A program made the position numbers and the translations under genes. The notes under the pieces were generated by a model that was given only the letters and a program-made list of their open reading frames with translations, did not search any database and had not been told where the DNA came from. A DNA stretch of 64,000 nucleotides from Octopus vulgaris (Eukaryota), in contig OX597814.1 in NCBI GenBank assembly GCA_951406725.2, forward strand, positions 180,730,001-180,794,000. Direction: 5' to 3'. Shown here piece after piece: positions 41,746-54,941 of this stretch. The stretch's first letter is position 1. Each line of letters opens with the position of its first letter.

Positions 41746-42163
41746 TATTTCTATATTGCCCACAATGGGGTAAACATAGCGGGGACAAACAAGGACACAC
41801 AAACGGATTAAGTCGATTACAACTACCCCAGTGCGTAACTGGTAATTAATTTATCGACCCCGAAAGGATGAAAGGCAAAGTCGACTTCAGCGGAATTTGA
41901 ACTCAGAACGTAAAGACAGACGAAATACCTATTTCTTTACGACCCACAAGGGGGCTAAACACAGAAGGGACAAGCAAGGACAGACAAAAGGATTAAGTCG
42001 ATTATATCAACCCCAGTGCGTAACTGGTACTTATTTAATCGACCTCGAAAGGATGAAAGGCAAAGTTGACCCCGGCGGAATTTGAACTCAGAATGTAGCG
42101 GCAGGCGAAATACAGCTAAGCATTTCGCCCGGCGTGCTAACGTTTCTGCCAGCTCGCCGCCTT
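41746..42163 (-). mobile_element. SINE family A dimer (full copy plus 3' part of a second)
   Basis: Single TSD GTGGCACAGCTTCT at 41732-41745 and 42169-42182; internal junction GAAATACC|TATTTCTTTAC. Confidence 0.9.
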
Positions 42164-44964
42164 CAATAGTGGCACAGCTTCTAAACTGTCGCATCATACA
42201 TTGAGGCAAGAACCATTCCTAACATGTTCAATACATGTTCCATGGAAATTACTATTCCTGTTGTTGTTATGAAGTTGTTTTTTTATCCCTAATTTTTACG
42301 GGACCGTTATGGCACCGCTAGGATTAAATGGGTTAAGATAATATTGGAAATAATGTACAACGAAAAATATATAATATAAGACTAATGTTTAATTTATATT
42401 AATAAACAGGTCACACAATCAGCAGTGACAATGCGTCAATGGAGATAAAGTATTTAATGAGAAGTTTGCGTCTCTGTAATTATATATCACGTTTGTAGTT
42501 TAAAAGAAAAAGAAATTACAACAATGCAACTTCTGAATATATCACTCGAATATAATTGTTTCCAATTCATTATTTCCATATTATGTTCTCGATCCAATCA
42601 TAAACAAAATTAAGTTTCAAAAAACTGCTTCATATATTCCACAAATTCAATGCTTTTAATTAATTTTCTTTTCGTTATTACTGTAATTTTTTTAATGTCC
42701 TTTATAGCTGCTGCAACACGATATCTTACACTGACTTCGATGCCAGATATAAACCCACACAGTAATATAATAAAAGTAATATAATAAAAGATCGGAATAT
42801 TTTTTATGCTTGTCTAGTATGCAATCAAGAGTTCGTAATATTCATAACAAACTAAAAATACCAACGATCATTCAAACTAAAAATGAAAAACAAACGAACC
42901 TTTTTTATTATTGCATGCAGTTCACTATCAGCAATACATTATGGCAGATATTGACCGAAACGGTGAATCGACAAATTAGTTGTTATGCAATATGTAGTAA
43001 CCTCCTTTCACGTTCTCTAGGCAATCCCGTCGAGAGTTAAGTTTACCTTTCAACATTCCACTCGATTTGATCGAGAGTTTCATTCCCATAATACGTGGTC
43101 TTATGCTAAAGTTAGTACACAATAATCAGCAAGAAAGTTGTGCCCTCTATGGCATCATAGTGCTTTTCCAATTCAAATAAGTTTGCTTCATCACCCGTAA
43201 AATATAAGGTTCTTTTAGAAAATCAAACTTACTTCCTGTAAAATATAGAATGTTTAAGCTTTTTTTTTTTATAACGAAATTAATAGTTTTGTCCTATAAT
43301 TAAAATACAATTCACAGATAATTAAGATGACGCACACAGATAGACATTTTCACCCGTTTCGCAACCTCTTGGTTTCAGGTTCATTCCTACTACGAAGCAC
43401 CATGGACAAATAATATTATAGTAAATTTGGTAGGCAGAAATTGTTTGGAAACCTCTTATATGTATGTGTATGCGTCTGTGCGCGTGCGCGTCTTTGTACT
43501 TGCCATCACACTGTTTGACAACCGGTGTTGGTTTGCTTAATTCCCTATAGCTTAGCGTTTCGGCAAAGGCCGATAGAATATTTCCACGCTTTACAAAATA
43601 GGTATTAGGGTTGATTTTTTTTCAGTAAAAATGTATGGCTTTGTCGTCCATAGTCTTCCATCATAGCCGACTGAATCAAGTCATGTGTTCTTGTACCAAC
43701 GTAAGAGATGATTGTTTTGAAGAATGGTAGAATCTTTGGATCGATTGACAATATGCTTCAAGTATTTATTTAGTTAGCGTCAACTTTTTTTATCCTTTCT
43801 GCTCCGATAAAATAAATACCAGCTAAATTCTGGAACGAGTTAATTAGCTAACCTCTCCCAAAAGTTAGAAATTTGTTATCCCAAGAGCACAACCTACGGT
43901 TGTATAAAAGTCAGTCTCATACCCTACTACATAAAACATGGGAATTTTGTGTATTAATATCTGGAGATATCTTGGGATTATTTGATTGAATTTATTTTGC
44001 TTTTCATCCCACGGGGTTAGATAGAATAGCTACCAGCAATGGCTTGCAGTTAGATCTCGTATTCAGCTTTAAGCCTGTGACGTCAATCGTTTTAGTCAAC
44101 CTAACCACTTGGTTTTCGACCTAGTTCAGATTATGAACTGTGAGTGATATTTTGTGTATAGCAGTCCATTCTCTGTAAAACTAATCAGGGACATGCATCA
44201 ATGGTTGGATAAATATTTTATGCGATTATGGAGATTATATTACGATGATACCACAACATTATTCTACAGTGAAATAAAATTATAACCGATATCTCCGAGT
44301 TCTGAGTGGATGTAGGATACTGTAATATATAAAATATCTCTGTTACTGAACACCTATTGCAACACGGTAAAAACTGAATGTTATAAAGGGTTAAGAAACT
44401 GAAGGAATAAAATTATATTGACACGAATTTTGAATACAAATACAGTAATAAAAAAACAGATCGTTAAATGTAAAGAAAAAGACATTGAAGAAACTGTGTA
44501 AGCCTATCATTAAGGAACCAAAGAGTAGAAACATATATTGTGATTTTGCAGTGAATGCATATTAAGGGTTTTAAAAGTGTAACATTTTGACATTTACAGC
44601 ACCATCATCGGATAGAATCCAACCACAAATTAATGGGTCCAGCTAATTGGCACGTATTGTTTCTTTCTGATCCTTCTGTCACAACCATAGTAATTTCTGT
44701 TCCTCCGAACCACAAGCTACACACCATGTTCATACGGTCTAAATCAATGTTATCACCGATCGGTAACCCTTTTGAAATTCACCAGTCAATAATTACTTAC
44801 AAACTTCATAAACGCCTCTTTTTTCCTTCCAAATAAGTTCATGAAATTTAAAACATTATTGACTGAAATGCCAACCGAAATTATCATTTCTAACAAAAAT
44901 ACTAGTACAATAATGACTCTTGAATATTCCTCAATATACCAATATACTAAAAGATAACTTCCCT

Positions 44965-45985
44965 GTCATACACTATTCCCTCCCCTCTCACATCCATGAC
45001 ACCAATCACGCGCTTCGTTTGTTTAACTCTTCCTCTTTCCCTCCTAGCCCCTCTAAACTTCTCTTCACTTTCGACATCCAGAGCCTTTACACGGTGATCT
45101 CTCACCACGAGGGGCTGCGTGCACTCCAACATTTCCTTGACCTTCGACCCAACCCCTAACCCGACACATCCACACTCGTTCGTCTGGCTGAACTTGTCCT
45201 CTCACTCAACTGCTTCTCGTTTGCGGGTGATTTTTACCAGCAAGTCTCGGGAGTGGCCATGGGAACGAGAATGGGCTCAACTATGCGAACCTGTTCGTTG
45301 GCTACGTTGAGGCCCAAATATTTCTCAAGTTTCACTGGTCCCACACCCGAACTATACGGCTGTTATATTGACAACTGTATCGGTACGACTTCACTCTCCC
45401 GCGAACATCTAGACTCCTTCCTCTCTTTTGTCAAATCTTTCCATCCTGCCCTCCACTTCTCCTGCATTATCACTGACACCTCTGTCTCCTTTCTTGACAT
45501 TTCGGTCAGCATTCATCACTCCACTCTCACCACCTTCATCCACTACAAACACACAGACTCACTCATACCTCAACTTCACTTCCTCCCACCCTAAACTTAC
45601 CAAGCTTTCCACACCCTATTCCCAATTCCTCCATCTACGCAGGCTCTGTAGTGACGACCATGACTTTGAGACTCAGTCTCAACTCATGGCTCACAACTTC
45701 ATCCTATGTGGATATCCCCTCACGGCTATCCACACTGCCTTTGCCAGAGCACGTTCCGCGGACCGTGCATCTGCTCTCACCCCCCGCACCTGCCCCGCCG
45801 TCTCCTGTTTCCCCTCACCTACTACCCCACCACCCTACCTCTCCATTTTCCGACCCTTCCGGCGACTCCAGTCCGACCCCTCCACTTCGCACATCTTCCC
45901 TAACCGACCCCTCCCCTCCTTCAAACGAGCCCACAACCTACGAAACCTCTTGGTCCACAGCTTCTTCCCCAACTCAACCTCTCAA
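44965..45985 (+). pseudogene. Penelope-like element reverse transcriptase (frameshifted)
   Basis: LLFTFDIQSLYTVI, LVLSLNCFSF..FYQQVSGVAMGTRMG, YIDN (cf. YIDD), FLDISV, SYLNFTSSHP, LRRLCS motifs. Confidence 0.92.
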
Positions 45986-46248
45986 CCCGTACGCGTGGGA
46001 CTCGATCCGACACCTCTTTGTTTTCACAACTACTGTCGCGAAAACAAAGAGGTGTGGGTTCGAGTCCCACGCGTACGGGAAAACCTACTTTTTTTCCGTC
46101 GAGGGCTTATTGTAAAAATCGACACTCGTTAACAAGAACCATCATATATATATATATAAATATAAATACATTTATTTGTGACCGCGTGTGTATTGTTGGC
46201 GATTTTTATTCCTCCGAATTCCCTTCCTTGGATCTTTCCTCTTCCTAT

Positions 46249-46284
46249 GTTTCTGACGAAGAGCTCCGCACGAAAAACGTGAAA
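46249..46284 (+). ncRNA. Degenerate minimal hammerhead ribozyme in the Penelope-like 3' repeat (46150-46370)
   Basis: CTGACGA-A-GAG-CTCCG-CAC-GAAA core; stem II has one mismatch. Confidence 0.45.
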
Positions 46285-46396
46285 TTCTCCTTCTTTCTTT
46301 CCTTTCCTGAGCATCCAATAACACTATACTTATTCCACGTCCTCGTGTTGTCGTGTTTTCATGTTTGGATTATATATATATATATATATATATATA

Positions 46397-47575
46397 TTTC
46401 AACAATTGAGGGTAAAATTAATTAATTATTAATCAACTTCACCAAGTGTTCAGTATGCAAAGGGACCATTTAAGGCGAATTCAAATTATTACATTATATA
46501 AAAGGGCTTAGTAAAATAAATTACTTTGCCGCATACTGAACTCATTAGAAATAGCAGCTAAAAAACTTTTTTTAAACTATTTCTAATACTTAAAAAACCT
46601 CTCTCAAATAGTGTTTGCTCAACTCAACTCACGGAAGTTTGGGGGTAAAGACATTAAAAAATCAAATGCAAAGGTTATTTGAGAACGTACGTTTCAAGAT
46701 TAGTATATATATATATATATATATATCTGCTCGTAACTAACAGTGCCAACAAACTCAAATATGCAAGCGAAGAATTTTTGTTCTCCCCTTTCCACCAGCG
46801 TGGGTTAAAATCAGCAAACACTATGCTTATTTCGGTAAAATCCGAAGCATTAATTAGAGGGAGATTAATTATAATTTCAACAATTGAGGGTAAAATTAAT
46901 TAATTATTAATCAACTTCACCAAGTGTTCAGTATGCAAAGGGACCATTTAAGGCGAATTCAAATTATTACATTATATAAAAGGGCTTAGTAAAATAAATT
47001 ACTTTGCCGCATACTGAACTCATTAGAAATAGCAGCTAAAAAACTTTTTTTAAACTATTTCTAATACTTAAAGAAAACCTCTCTCAAATAGTGTTTGCTC
47101 AACTCAACTCACGGAAGTTTGGGGGTAAAGACATTAAAAAATCAAATGCAAAGGTTATTTGAGAACGTACGTTTCAAGATTAGTCAACACGACACTTCTA
47201 TCATCAGCTCAGAAACTCCTTGGTTTGGATTTGAAAACACTGAAAGTGAGAGCATACCCTTTCGGCTTCTCATCGCTTTCGAAGATCTGCTCGTAACTAA
47301 CAGTGCCAACAAACTCAAATATGCAAGCGAAGAATTTTTGTTCTCCCCTTTCCACCAGCGTGGGTTAAAATCAGCAAACACTATGCTTATTTCGGTAAAA
47401 TCCGAAGCATTAATTAGAGGAGATTAATTATAATTTCAACAATTGAGGGTAAAATTAATTAATTATTAATCAACTTCACCAAGTGTTCAGTATGCAAAGG
47501 GACCATTTAAGGCGAATTCAAATTATTACATTATATAAAAGGGCTTAGTAAAATAAATTACTTTGCCGCATACTG
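46397..47575 (-). repeat. Tandem ~559-bp unit (46397-46874 deleted copy, 46875-47433 full, 47434-47575 partial); Penelope pLTR or retrozyme-like
   Basis: Near-identical direct repeats starting TTTCAACAATTGAGGG; abuts (TA)n. Confidence 0.9.
47160..47211 (-). ncRNA. Type I hammerhead ribozyme candidate
   Basis: Minus strand TGAG-CTGATGA-TAGAAGTGTCGTGTTGACTAATCTT-GAAA-CGTACG-TT-CTCA: both core boxes, stem I TGAG/CTCA, palindromic stem III, GUU cleavage triplet. Confidence 0.65.
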
Positions 47576-47688
47576 CTATGGGAAGTGGGTCAGGGGCATT
47601 ACTTTTTTAAACGCCCCTCGTATATATATATCGGGGGAGACACACACACACACATATATATATATATGCATGCATGCATGCATGTATG

Positions 47689-47722
<34 letters not shown>

Positions 47723-47899
47723 TGTATGTATGTATGTATGTATGTATGTATGTATGTATGTATGTATGCATGTACGTATGCATGTATGTATGTATATATG
47801 TATGCATGTATGTATGCATGTATGTATATATGTATGCATGTATATATGTATGTATGTATGTATGTATGTACGTATCCATGCATGTATGTATGTACCCAC

Positions 47900-48927
47900 T
47901 TGCAGTTGTTTGATCTATGAAAGTAACTTATGGTGATTATGCCCCATCATATGACCTTGTAAAACGCTGGCATTGTGAATTCAAACTCTGTGGAAACAGC
48001 TCCCAGATCTGGTCGCCCCCTTCTGCCGTTGATGAGACGTCTGTCCGTCAAGTTGTGGCTGCCATTTTGGAAGGTCAACGCATAACTATTCGCCAAATAG
48101 CCCATAAGGTCAAGATTAGTACCGGGTCTGTGAAAACTATCATTCATGACCATTTGCATATGCAAAAGGTGTCTGCCAGATGGATTTCCAGGTTGCTCAC
48201 ACCTTTCCAGAAGCGAGAACGCGTTGAGTGCTCGAGGATGAATTTGGAGATGTGCCAAGATGAGTCAAAATTTTTCAAAAGACTGATCACACAGGATAAA
48301 ACCTGGGTCCATCACTATGATCCATAGACCAAAGCCCAGTCAATGCAGTGAAAGCACCGTGACTCACCTCCTCCAAAGAAGGCAAGGGTGCAGCCCTCCG
48401 CTGACAAGGTTATGCTCACAGTCTTCTGGGTCCAGGACGGAGTAGTGATGACAGATTTCCTGGCAAAGGGTACCACAATTACAGGAGCCTATTATGCTTC
48501 ACTTTTGAGGAAATTAAGAGAAACTATCAAAATCAAGAGGCGGGGCAAGATCAGCAAAGGCATCCTCCTCCTGCAGGACAACACTCCGGTCCACAACTCG
48601 CGTGTCGCCAGATCAGAAGCACAGGCGTGCAGCTATGAACTCCTCCCCTTGCACCCTCTGATTTTCACCTCCTCCCAGCCATGAAGTTGATTTTGAAAGG
48701 AAAGCGTTTCCCAGATGATGCAGCTTTGATTTCTGAAGTCACGTCGTGGTTGGAGGACCAAGCTGGGGTCTTCTACAAAAATGGTCTCCAGAGCTGTATC
48801 AAACGATGGGAGAAATGCATAACTCTGGGTAGTTCCTATGTAGGAAAAGACTAATAACTGTGCCAAGTGTCGTTGCTCTACTGCTATGGGAAGTGGGTCA
48901 GGAGCATTACTTATTGAACGCCCCTCG
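47900..48927 (+). mobile_element. Mariner transposon (irritans-like TIR), 5' end lost; transposase pseudogene
   Basis: KVSARWISRLL, ITQDKTWVHHYDP, KVMLTVFW, LLQDNTPVH and LAPSDFHL-like motifs; right TIR TTATTGAACGCCCCTCG|TA. Confidence 0.93.
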
Positions 48928-48995
48928 TATATATATATCGGGGGAGACACACACACACACATATATATATATATGCATGCATGCATGCATGTATG

Positions 48996-49029
<34 letters not shown>

Positions 49030-49412
49030 TGCATGTACGTATGCATGTATGTATGTATATATGTATGCATGTATGTATGCATGTATGTATATATGTATGC
49101 ATGTATATATGTATGTATGTATGTATGTACGTATCCATGCATGTATGTATGTATGCATGCATGTATGTATGTATATATGTATGTATATATGTATGCATGT
49201 ATGTATCCATGCATGTATGTATGTATGTTTGTATGTATCCATGCACGTGTGTATGTATGTATGTATGTATGTTTGTATGTATGTATGTATGCATGTATGT
49301 ATGTATGTATCCATGTATGTATGTATGTATGTATGTATGTATGTATGCATGCATGCGTGCATGTATGTATGTATGTATGTTTGTGTGTATGTATGTATCC
49401 ATGTATGTATGT
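48928..49412. repeat. Complex (TATG)n/(CATG) microsatellite
   Basis: Visible; a related copy lies at 47620-47895. Confidence 0.95.
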
Positions 49413-49614
49413 AGCACCGTATATGCGTTTCTAATAGACATTAGTGACATTGGCATAATTAACAATTTTGAAAATTTTGGCATTATTGACATTCCTATTG
49501 ATAGAGTGAAATGACTTCGAAACGGAATTTGAATTGGCAACACGAACTTGCCTTCCATCCGTATTTAATTTTTCATTTCATTATTTTTTATTTCTTTCTA
49601 TATCGGCATATCGA

Positions 49615-49628
49615 TGTGTGTGTGTGTA

Positions 49629-49660
<32 letters not shown>

Positions 49661-49711
49661 TGCGTGCGCGCGTGTGTGTGTATGTGCGTGCGTGCGCGCG
49701 TGTGTGTGTGT

Positions 49712-49792
<81 letters not shown>

Positions 49793-49795
49793 TGC
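49615..49795. repeat. (GT)n microsatellite
   Basis: Visible run. Confidence 0.96.
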
Positions 49796-50192
49796 TCGGG
49801 GAGTAACAATAGCATTATTATGACAGCATCAGTAAGGCATTTTAAGTTAACGCTTTGCGGTAATTTCAGTCTTTTTATGTTTTGCATAAAATTTCCCGCT
49901 GAGATCGATTTTACCTTTCATCCTTTTGTGGTCGATGAAATAAAAATAATAGTCAAGAACTCAAATGATTTAATCGACTATAACGTTTTCCCCAAAATTT
50001 GTGATCTCGTACCCATTGTAGTCGTGGTAGTGGTGGTGGTGTCATTCTAAATACATTTTGACTCCATTCTGGTGCGATGCAGAAAATATCATTTGATATA
50101 TATATTAACTGTCGCATGTTTGATTTTGTGTTATTTTGATTTTCGGGACGCAAATCGTCACTGGTCTCATCTAGCTCTAGGTTTGTTCTTAT

Positions 50193-50424
50193 AAAGGCGG
50201 CGAGCTGGCAGAAACGTTAGCGTGCCAGGGGAAATGCTTTGCAGTATTTCGTCTGTCGCTACGTTCTGAGTTCAAATTCCGCCGAGGTCGACTTTGATTT
50301 CATCCTTTCGGGGTCGATTAAATAAGTGCCAGTTACGCACTGGGGTTGATATAATCGACTTAATTCGTTTGTCTGTCCTTGTTTATCCCCTCTGTGTTTA
50401 GCCCCTTGTGGGTAGTAAAGAAAT
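50193..50424 (+). mobile_element. Full-length SINE family A
   Basis: TSD GGTTTGTTCTTATA on both sides. Confidence 0.92.
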
Positions 50425-50725
50425 GGGTTTGTTCTTATAGAAAATAAGAAATTCTTTCAAAGAATGTAATTTATCACTGAAGGAGAATTCCGGACCTGTT
50501 AAGTTGTTGCATGTCAGTCAATAGGTTAAAGGGTCGTACTATGACCCGTTACTGATTCTCCATAATTAAAACCAATGTTTTTACAGTGTAGAGCTATAGT
50601 CAGATACTCTATGATGTGTTTAGCTTGTAGAGATGTACACGTTAGTGTTAAATTATTTAACACACAAAACATTAAAAAATTAATTAGAAATATACAGAGA
50701 GGAAAGACATTTTTTTGTGTGTGTG

Positions 50726-51359
50726 GTACTCCGTCGGTTACGACGACGAGGGTTCCAGTTGATCCGATCAAGGGAACAGGCTGCGCACTCCACATACATG
50801 TGTACCCTTAACATAATTGTTGGGGAGATTCAGCGTGACACAGAGTGTGACAAGGCTGGTCCTTTGAAATACAGGTACATCATAAACAGAAAGAAAGAGA
50901 GAAATTCGTTGTGAAAGTATACAGCGGGGTTCGCCACCCCTACCCTAATGGAGCTCGTGGAGCTTTAGGTGTTTTCGCTCAATAAACAATCACAAGGTCC
51001 GGTCTGGGAATTGAAACCGCCATCTTACGACCGCGAGTTCAGTGCTCTAACCACTGGGCCATTGCGCCTCCACAATAGGAGCACTCCGTCGGTTACGAGG
51101 ACGAGGATCCCAGCTGATACGATCACCGGAACAGACACGTGTATCCTTAACGTAGTTTCCAGAGAGATTCAGCGTGACACAGAGTGTGGCAAGGCTGGCC
51201 CTTTGAAATACAGATACTACTCATTTTTGCCAGCTGAGTGGCCTGGAGCAACGTGAAATAAAGTGTCTTGCTCAAGGATACAACGCGTCGCTGGGAATTG
51301 AACTCACGAACTTACGATCGAGAGTCGAATGTCCTAACCACTAAGCCACGCGCCTTCAC
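50726..51359 (-). mobile_element. Two adjacent family C-related SINEs (50726-51073 and 51079-51359)
   Basis: Shared tail ACTCCGTCGGTTACGA and tRNA-like heads on the minus strand. Confidence 0.85.
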
Positions 51360-52163
51360 TAAAGACATTATTAGTCAATGACTAATATTATTTTTATTTT
51401 ATCTGTAAGTACAAGAAACGACTCTGGAGGCACAACAAGAAAATGACTCTCCCCAGACTGGAGATGTCTCGGTCTTATTTTGCTTTCTTCAACAAAGGAT
51501 GGCTTAACTTTCACTTTATTGCTGAAGTATATGTTAGCAAAAGAAAATTAAAATATTTAGAAGTTATTCAAGGACATCATCCACAAGAAATATATTTACG
51601 TTAGTGTTAATATATCTAGTGTATGTCTTAGTTATGACGAAGGAATCACTTAGTAACGTACAATTTGACGTACTCTCTCTAATCTTATTTCTTTCTGCCT
51701 AACTTTCTATCTCGAAGTAATTTTACTGAATACGTGAGAACATTTGTAATTGAAACGTGAAGATATAAATCCTCAGTAGAATTCCATCATCGGTTCCAGT
51801 GGTTTGTTGGACAACAATTATCATCATCATGAACTTTCAACTAAGAATTCAATCTATTTTTCTCTCGCCTCACTATTCAACATCACGCATGTCTCTTTGC
51901 ACTTTAGAAATAACTGTTGACTGTTGTATCAAGAAACGAATCATTAATATAATTTTAAAACATTCTGCAATCCATGTATTTTAATTAACATACAAGAAAA
52001 CAATTGATTGAAACAATATTCCTTGGCATCTAACAATATTTTATTGTAGTTGTTATTTTTCAGAATCTTTATTTTATTTATTATTTTTCATTTTTTATAT
52101 AATTAATGATATTCAAAAAGCAATGTCTCTATCTCCATTACTGATGTGCAAAATCTTGAGTAA

Positions 52164-52539
52164 TCTCTCTCTATATAAACGGCAGTTTGTCTGTGCGTGT
52201 TTCTGTGTGTCTGTTTGCTTGTACCTTCACCCTGACCACGGCTTTCAACCGATTCTGATGAAACTTGACACACACATAGCCCAATGTCATAATTCAAAAC
52301 TAACGCAGCGAAAATTTTGAAAAGTTCCCCCAGTTCTGAAAAAAATCGATAAATTCGACATGGGGTCCAGAATCAGAAACACAAACTGTCTAGGGGACGC
52401 AACTCCACCTTTTTTAACTAAAAAAAAAATTTACCATCATTTTTTCCCATTTTTTTGCTATTTTTTGGCTATAACTCTCTAAAAATGCTTTATAGTTATT
52501 TCCCTTACAAACCTGAGCAACGCCGGGCGATACTGCTAG
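52164..52539 (+). mobile_element. Non-autonomous Helitron
   Basis: A|TC...CTAG|T with no TSD; 3' ~60 bp near-identical to the 8395-9291 units. Confidence 0.9.
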
Positions 52540-54545
52540 TTATCTCTAAGTCTCAGAATTGAACCAAATTCTGGAACTCTGCAATGGAAATTCAGATATA
52601 TCAATGATATTATAAATTATTATTAAATTTGCAGATTAAAATGTCCGACTGTGTTTAGTTAGACCCTTTTACATTCCAGATCTATTCACCTTCGGCTTTC
52701 ATGACTGATAAAATAAATACGTTAATTATGACTGATAAAATAAATACCAGTCAAGTACTAAGATCGATTCAGCATACTATTACCATCCCCCAGCATAATC
52801 GATAGATTTGCGCCATTGTTACAAACCAAATGAACAAGGGAGTGGTACAGTGATAAAGTAGGTAGAGCGTTATACAAAACGTTTTTTGGTATTTAGTTGC
52901 ATTCCTTTGCGTTCTAATTTCAAATCCTACAGATTGACTAAACCACTAACGTTTCTCTACTGGATGTCGATATAATCGACAGTTCCTGCCTTATGCCTAA
53001 GTTACAAAACTATTATATTGAAAGATATGGCAGAAATAGTATACACTGCGTGTAGGGTGGCCGACAATCAGTCATTTTAAAGTGAATTTCATTTCAATCA
53101 GTCATTTTAAAGTGAAAGTTTATTCTTCGGTATCGCATCTTGCATTAAAGATAAGAATCTAAATTAATTTAGACTAATTATACAAGCCGAGTGAAATATG
53201 ACCCCGTTTTCGAGAGAAGTGACAATATTTAAACATCTTTAACATTTGATTTGTGATCAAAACTGAAGATATTTTGTATCTTTTGCTTTCAAATTATCTG
53301 CAATCGTAATTAGAACTATTGATGTGAGCATAAATATTTTAACATCAGGAAATGCATAGAAATAAGTCATCCTCAAATCGTCAAAGACTCCAAATGGCTA
53401 AAATTTAAAGACAAAGATTAAATTAAATAAACCAGTGGTCCTTGTGGTCGAGGACGATGGCAGACTTCCTTCGCGAGGGCTGTTAAAATCGAAAACGGAC
53501 GGAGTAATTGCTATGCTTTAATAAAATTAAGCTGGTTCTAAGCATTTGAATTTGTGGAAGAAAGAAGAATTATATAGGTGCAAATTCCGTTGTGCACTAA
53601 TTAATATAGAAGGGGAGATAATAGAATTTGACTAACATTCTTTTGGAGAGAGAAGGTAAACATTTGTCAGTTTGAGGACCACTGCATTAAACGGTAAAGA
53701 ACCTGACAAAATATTTTGTGCATTTAGTTACAAATGTTTTTATTCTAGGTTCAGATACCGCCGTAGTTCACTTTACTTCCCAAATCAACAAAATAAACGG
53801 CAGTCAAGTTCTGAATAATATAAGTTATATAATCTCTTTGTGACCTAGTGCTAAAATTGGGAATTTTTTTTCAGTCTTTTTATTATTTTTATTATTAAAC
53901 CCAAGTTAAATCTTATCGTGTGTATCAACCGTGATCGTTCCGACTGCTGAGCAAAATGCTAATCAGGACATAAATGTGGAGACATTTTTCTGCTTCGTAC
54001 AAAATTTTAAAATCACTCTGTATTCAGGTAGAATTTTTAGTATACTGAACAATGATATGTATAGATAGAATCAAATAATAGAATAAATTATTTATACTAT
54101 TTAGCTTCGCCATTTTTTTATTTTATTAAGATAGCAATTTCTCCGCCCCTATTCAATCTTACTCTCCCCCACTACAACCCCATTCCCAGCCACGAGAATC
54201 ACTGAAGCAATACATAAAATTAATAAATATGCTGACTAATATCTGTCAAAAACTTGTTCTGGCTTTAAAATTAGACACACGTGGTGGGTGGATCTTTTGA
54301 AAAATTAGGTTTGAAAATTGGAGTAAACTATCAATGAGCCAAACGCTCAACATAGTTTCTATTTGAAATCATTCTTGTCATCTGTCTTTAAATATATAAT
54401 CAACATATCTTTAAATTCGGATTTCGCAATCATATCTAAAAAACAATCATGTGGCGAGCAACAACGAACAAGATTTAGTTACACACCTAATTCTCTTCTA
54501 AAGGCACGAGTGTTACGAATTCCCACAGTTTTCCTTTAGAATAAT

Positions 54546-54941
54546 CCTTTCTATAACAGGCACAAAGCCTGAAATTTGGGGGAAGGGGATAGTCGATTAC
54601 ATCGCCCCCAGTACTCAACTGGCACTTAATTTATCGACCCTGAAAGGATGAAAAGCAAAGTCGGCCTCGGCAGAGTTTGAACTCAGAACGTAGCGATGAG
54701 CGAAATACCTATTTCTTTACTACCCACAAGGGGCTAAACACAGAAAGGACAAACAAGGACTGGCAAACGGATTAAGTCGATTATATCGACCCCAGTGCGT
54801 AACTGATACTTACTTTATCGACCCCGAAAGGATGAAAGGTAAAGTCGACCTCGGCGGAATTTGAACTCAGAACGTAACGGCAGGCGAAATACGGCTACGC
54901 ATTTCGCCCGGTGTGCTAACGTATCTGCCAGCTCGCCGCCT
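54546..54941 (-). mobile_element. SINE family A composite (full copy plus 3' part of a variant)
   Basis: TSD TTTCCTTTAGAATAAT flanks the whole unit; junction GAAATACC|TATTTCTTTAC near 54710. Confidence 0.88.

Larger units (their letters stand above)
39924..42332 (-). mobile_element. Internally deleted piggyBac (PGBD2/3-like) transposon
   Basis: TTAA-CCCATTT ends; repeated palindrome GTGCCATATGGCAC; acidic N-terminus DIFIEPPEATDLTDEDS...LSGNQLRAPAE and C-terminal DIRYDG...C..C..C..CGKCNVGLC..CF; left end could instead be near 40045. Confidence 0.8.
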
